DNA of 63,673 nucleotides, counting the filler, from Octopus bimaculoides (taxonomy: Eukaryota), in NCBI RefSeq assembly GCF_001194135.2. It is 5 parts of 3 records of this genome, joined end to end, with 100 filler letters (N's around TTAATTAATTAA, not from the genome) between each part and the next. Parts side by side here need not be neighbours in the genome. Positions count along the whole stretch, not along the records: positions 61,784 to 63,673 come from NC_069000.1; 4 more parts are not named here. One strand, written 5' to 3'. This document shows, piece after piece, positions 63,180-63,673 of this stretch. The notes under the pieces are model-generated. The model had not been told where the DNA came from, made no database searches, and saw nothing but the letters and a program-made list of their open reading frames with translations. Position 1 is the first letter of the stretch. The number at the start of each line of letters is the position of its first letter. The translations under genes were made by a program, and so were the position numbers.

Positions 63180-63420
63180 GTGCCTGCTGGGTGTCTGTGA
63201 ATCATTGGCACCAGAAACAGCAGCAGCAGCAGGCAATGTCAGCGCTACTCAAAGCGAACCATTTTTAGCCGTGGTAACATGAGAGGGTTGCTACCTTCGC
63301 TTATCTCTCCTCTCCCCCCTCTCCTCTCGCACCATCCGCCTTAAGCTTGTTCATCCCTAATCAGTAGATCTTATTGCGTATAGCCACCCCGCCCCTTCCT
63401 GTGCCATCTCCGTTGAAATA
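63180..63420. promoter_or_regulatory. Unique GC-richer island with promoter-type motifs
   Basis: GC box CCCCGCCCC(63387-95) adjoining ETS CTTCCTG(63395-401), ATTGG(63204-08), RFX-like half sites (63269-78, 63287-94). Confidence 0.25.
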
Positions 63421-63623
63421 GGTGCATACCTACATATATGTGTGCATATGTATACAGTATAACATAAACATGTTTGTATGGATGTAATGTGTTTTTGTAC
63501 GTAGATGCTTATAGAATATAGATATACGCGTTTGTGCTTATAACGCATCTATGTATGCATGTATATATGTATATATACACACACATAGAGATATGTGTGC
63601 ACATATATTTATGTATGCATATG

Positions 63624-63673
<50 letters not shown>

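Noticed and set aside
309-63548. Long ORFs in the six-frame track ([12 protein letters not shown], poly-X, poly-S/E/K)
   Set aside because: They are translations of microsatellites and N gaps, with no protein-like content.

Overview
AT-rich, microsatellite-saturated, heavily gapped eukaryotic DNA with no host gene I can support. The SINE families, Penelope/RTE/Helitron fossils and (TA)/(CA)/(GATA) load look like a coleoid cephalopod (Octopus-type) genome; this is an inference. Nearly all entries in the ORF track are microsatellite or N-gap artefacts. Recognisable coding remnants are all from transposons: an RTE-type LINE reverse transcriptase (4085-5780, -), three Helitron PIF1-like helicase fragments (15583-15718 -, 38800-39775 +, 44615-45745 -), a DD37D/maT-like transposase N-terminus (37107-37480 +) and three Penelope-like (PLE) fragments (54460-54800 +, 56935-58763 -, 61125-61310 +). 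There are also many tRNA-derived SINEs and several MITEs. The best non-obvious signal is a set of hammerhead ribozyme (HHR) motifs. A type I HHR with every core residue intact and a palindromic stem III sits at 34048-34108, inside a 456-bp partial tandem unit bounded by 64-bp direct repeats (retrozyme-like or PLE pLTR-like). A near-intact HHR with a long stem II is at 60893-60981, a variant at 34611-34660, and decayed copies at 22944-23075 and 56940-56990. Other oddities are a 45-bp-period array of palindromic units (61880-62400), a telomere-repeat-containing inverted-repeat element (1-190), a fold-back inside a PLE RT (54575-54695), a 91-bp mini-Helitron, and a TAATTA-rich minisatellite.
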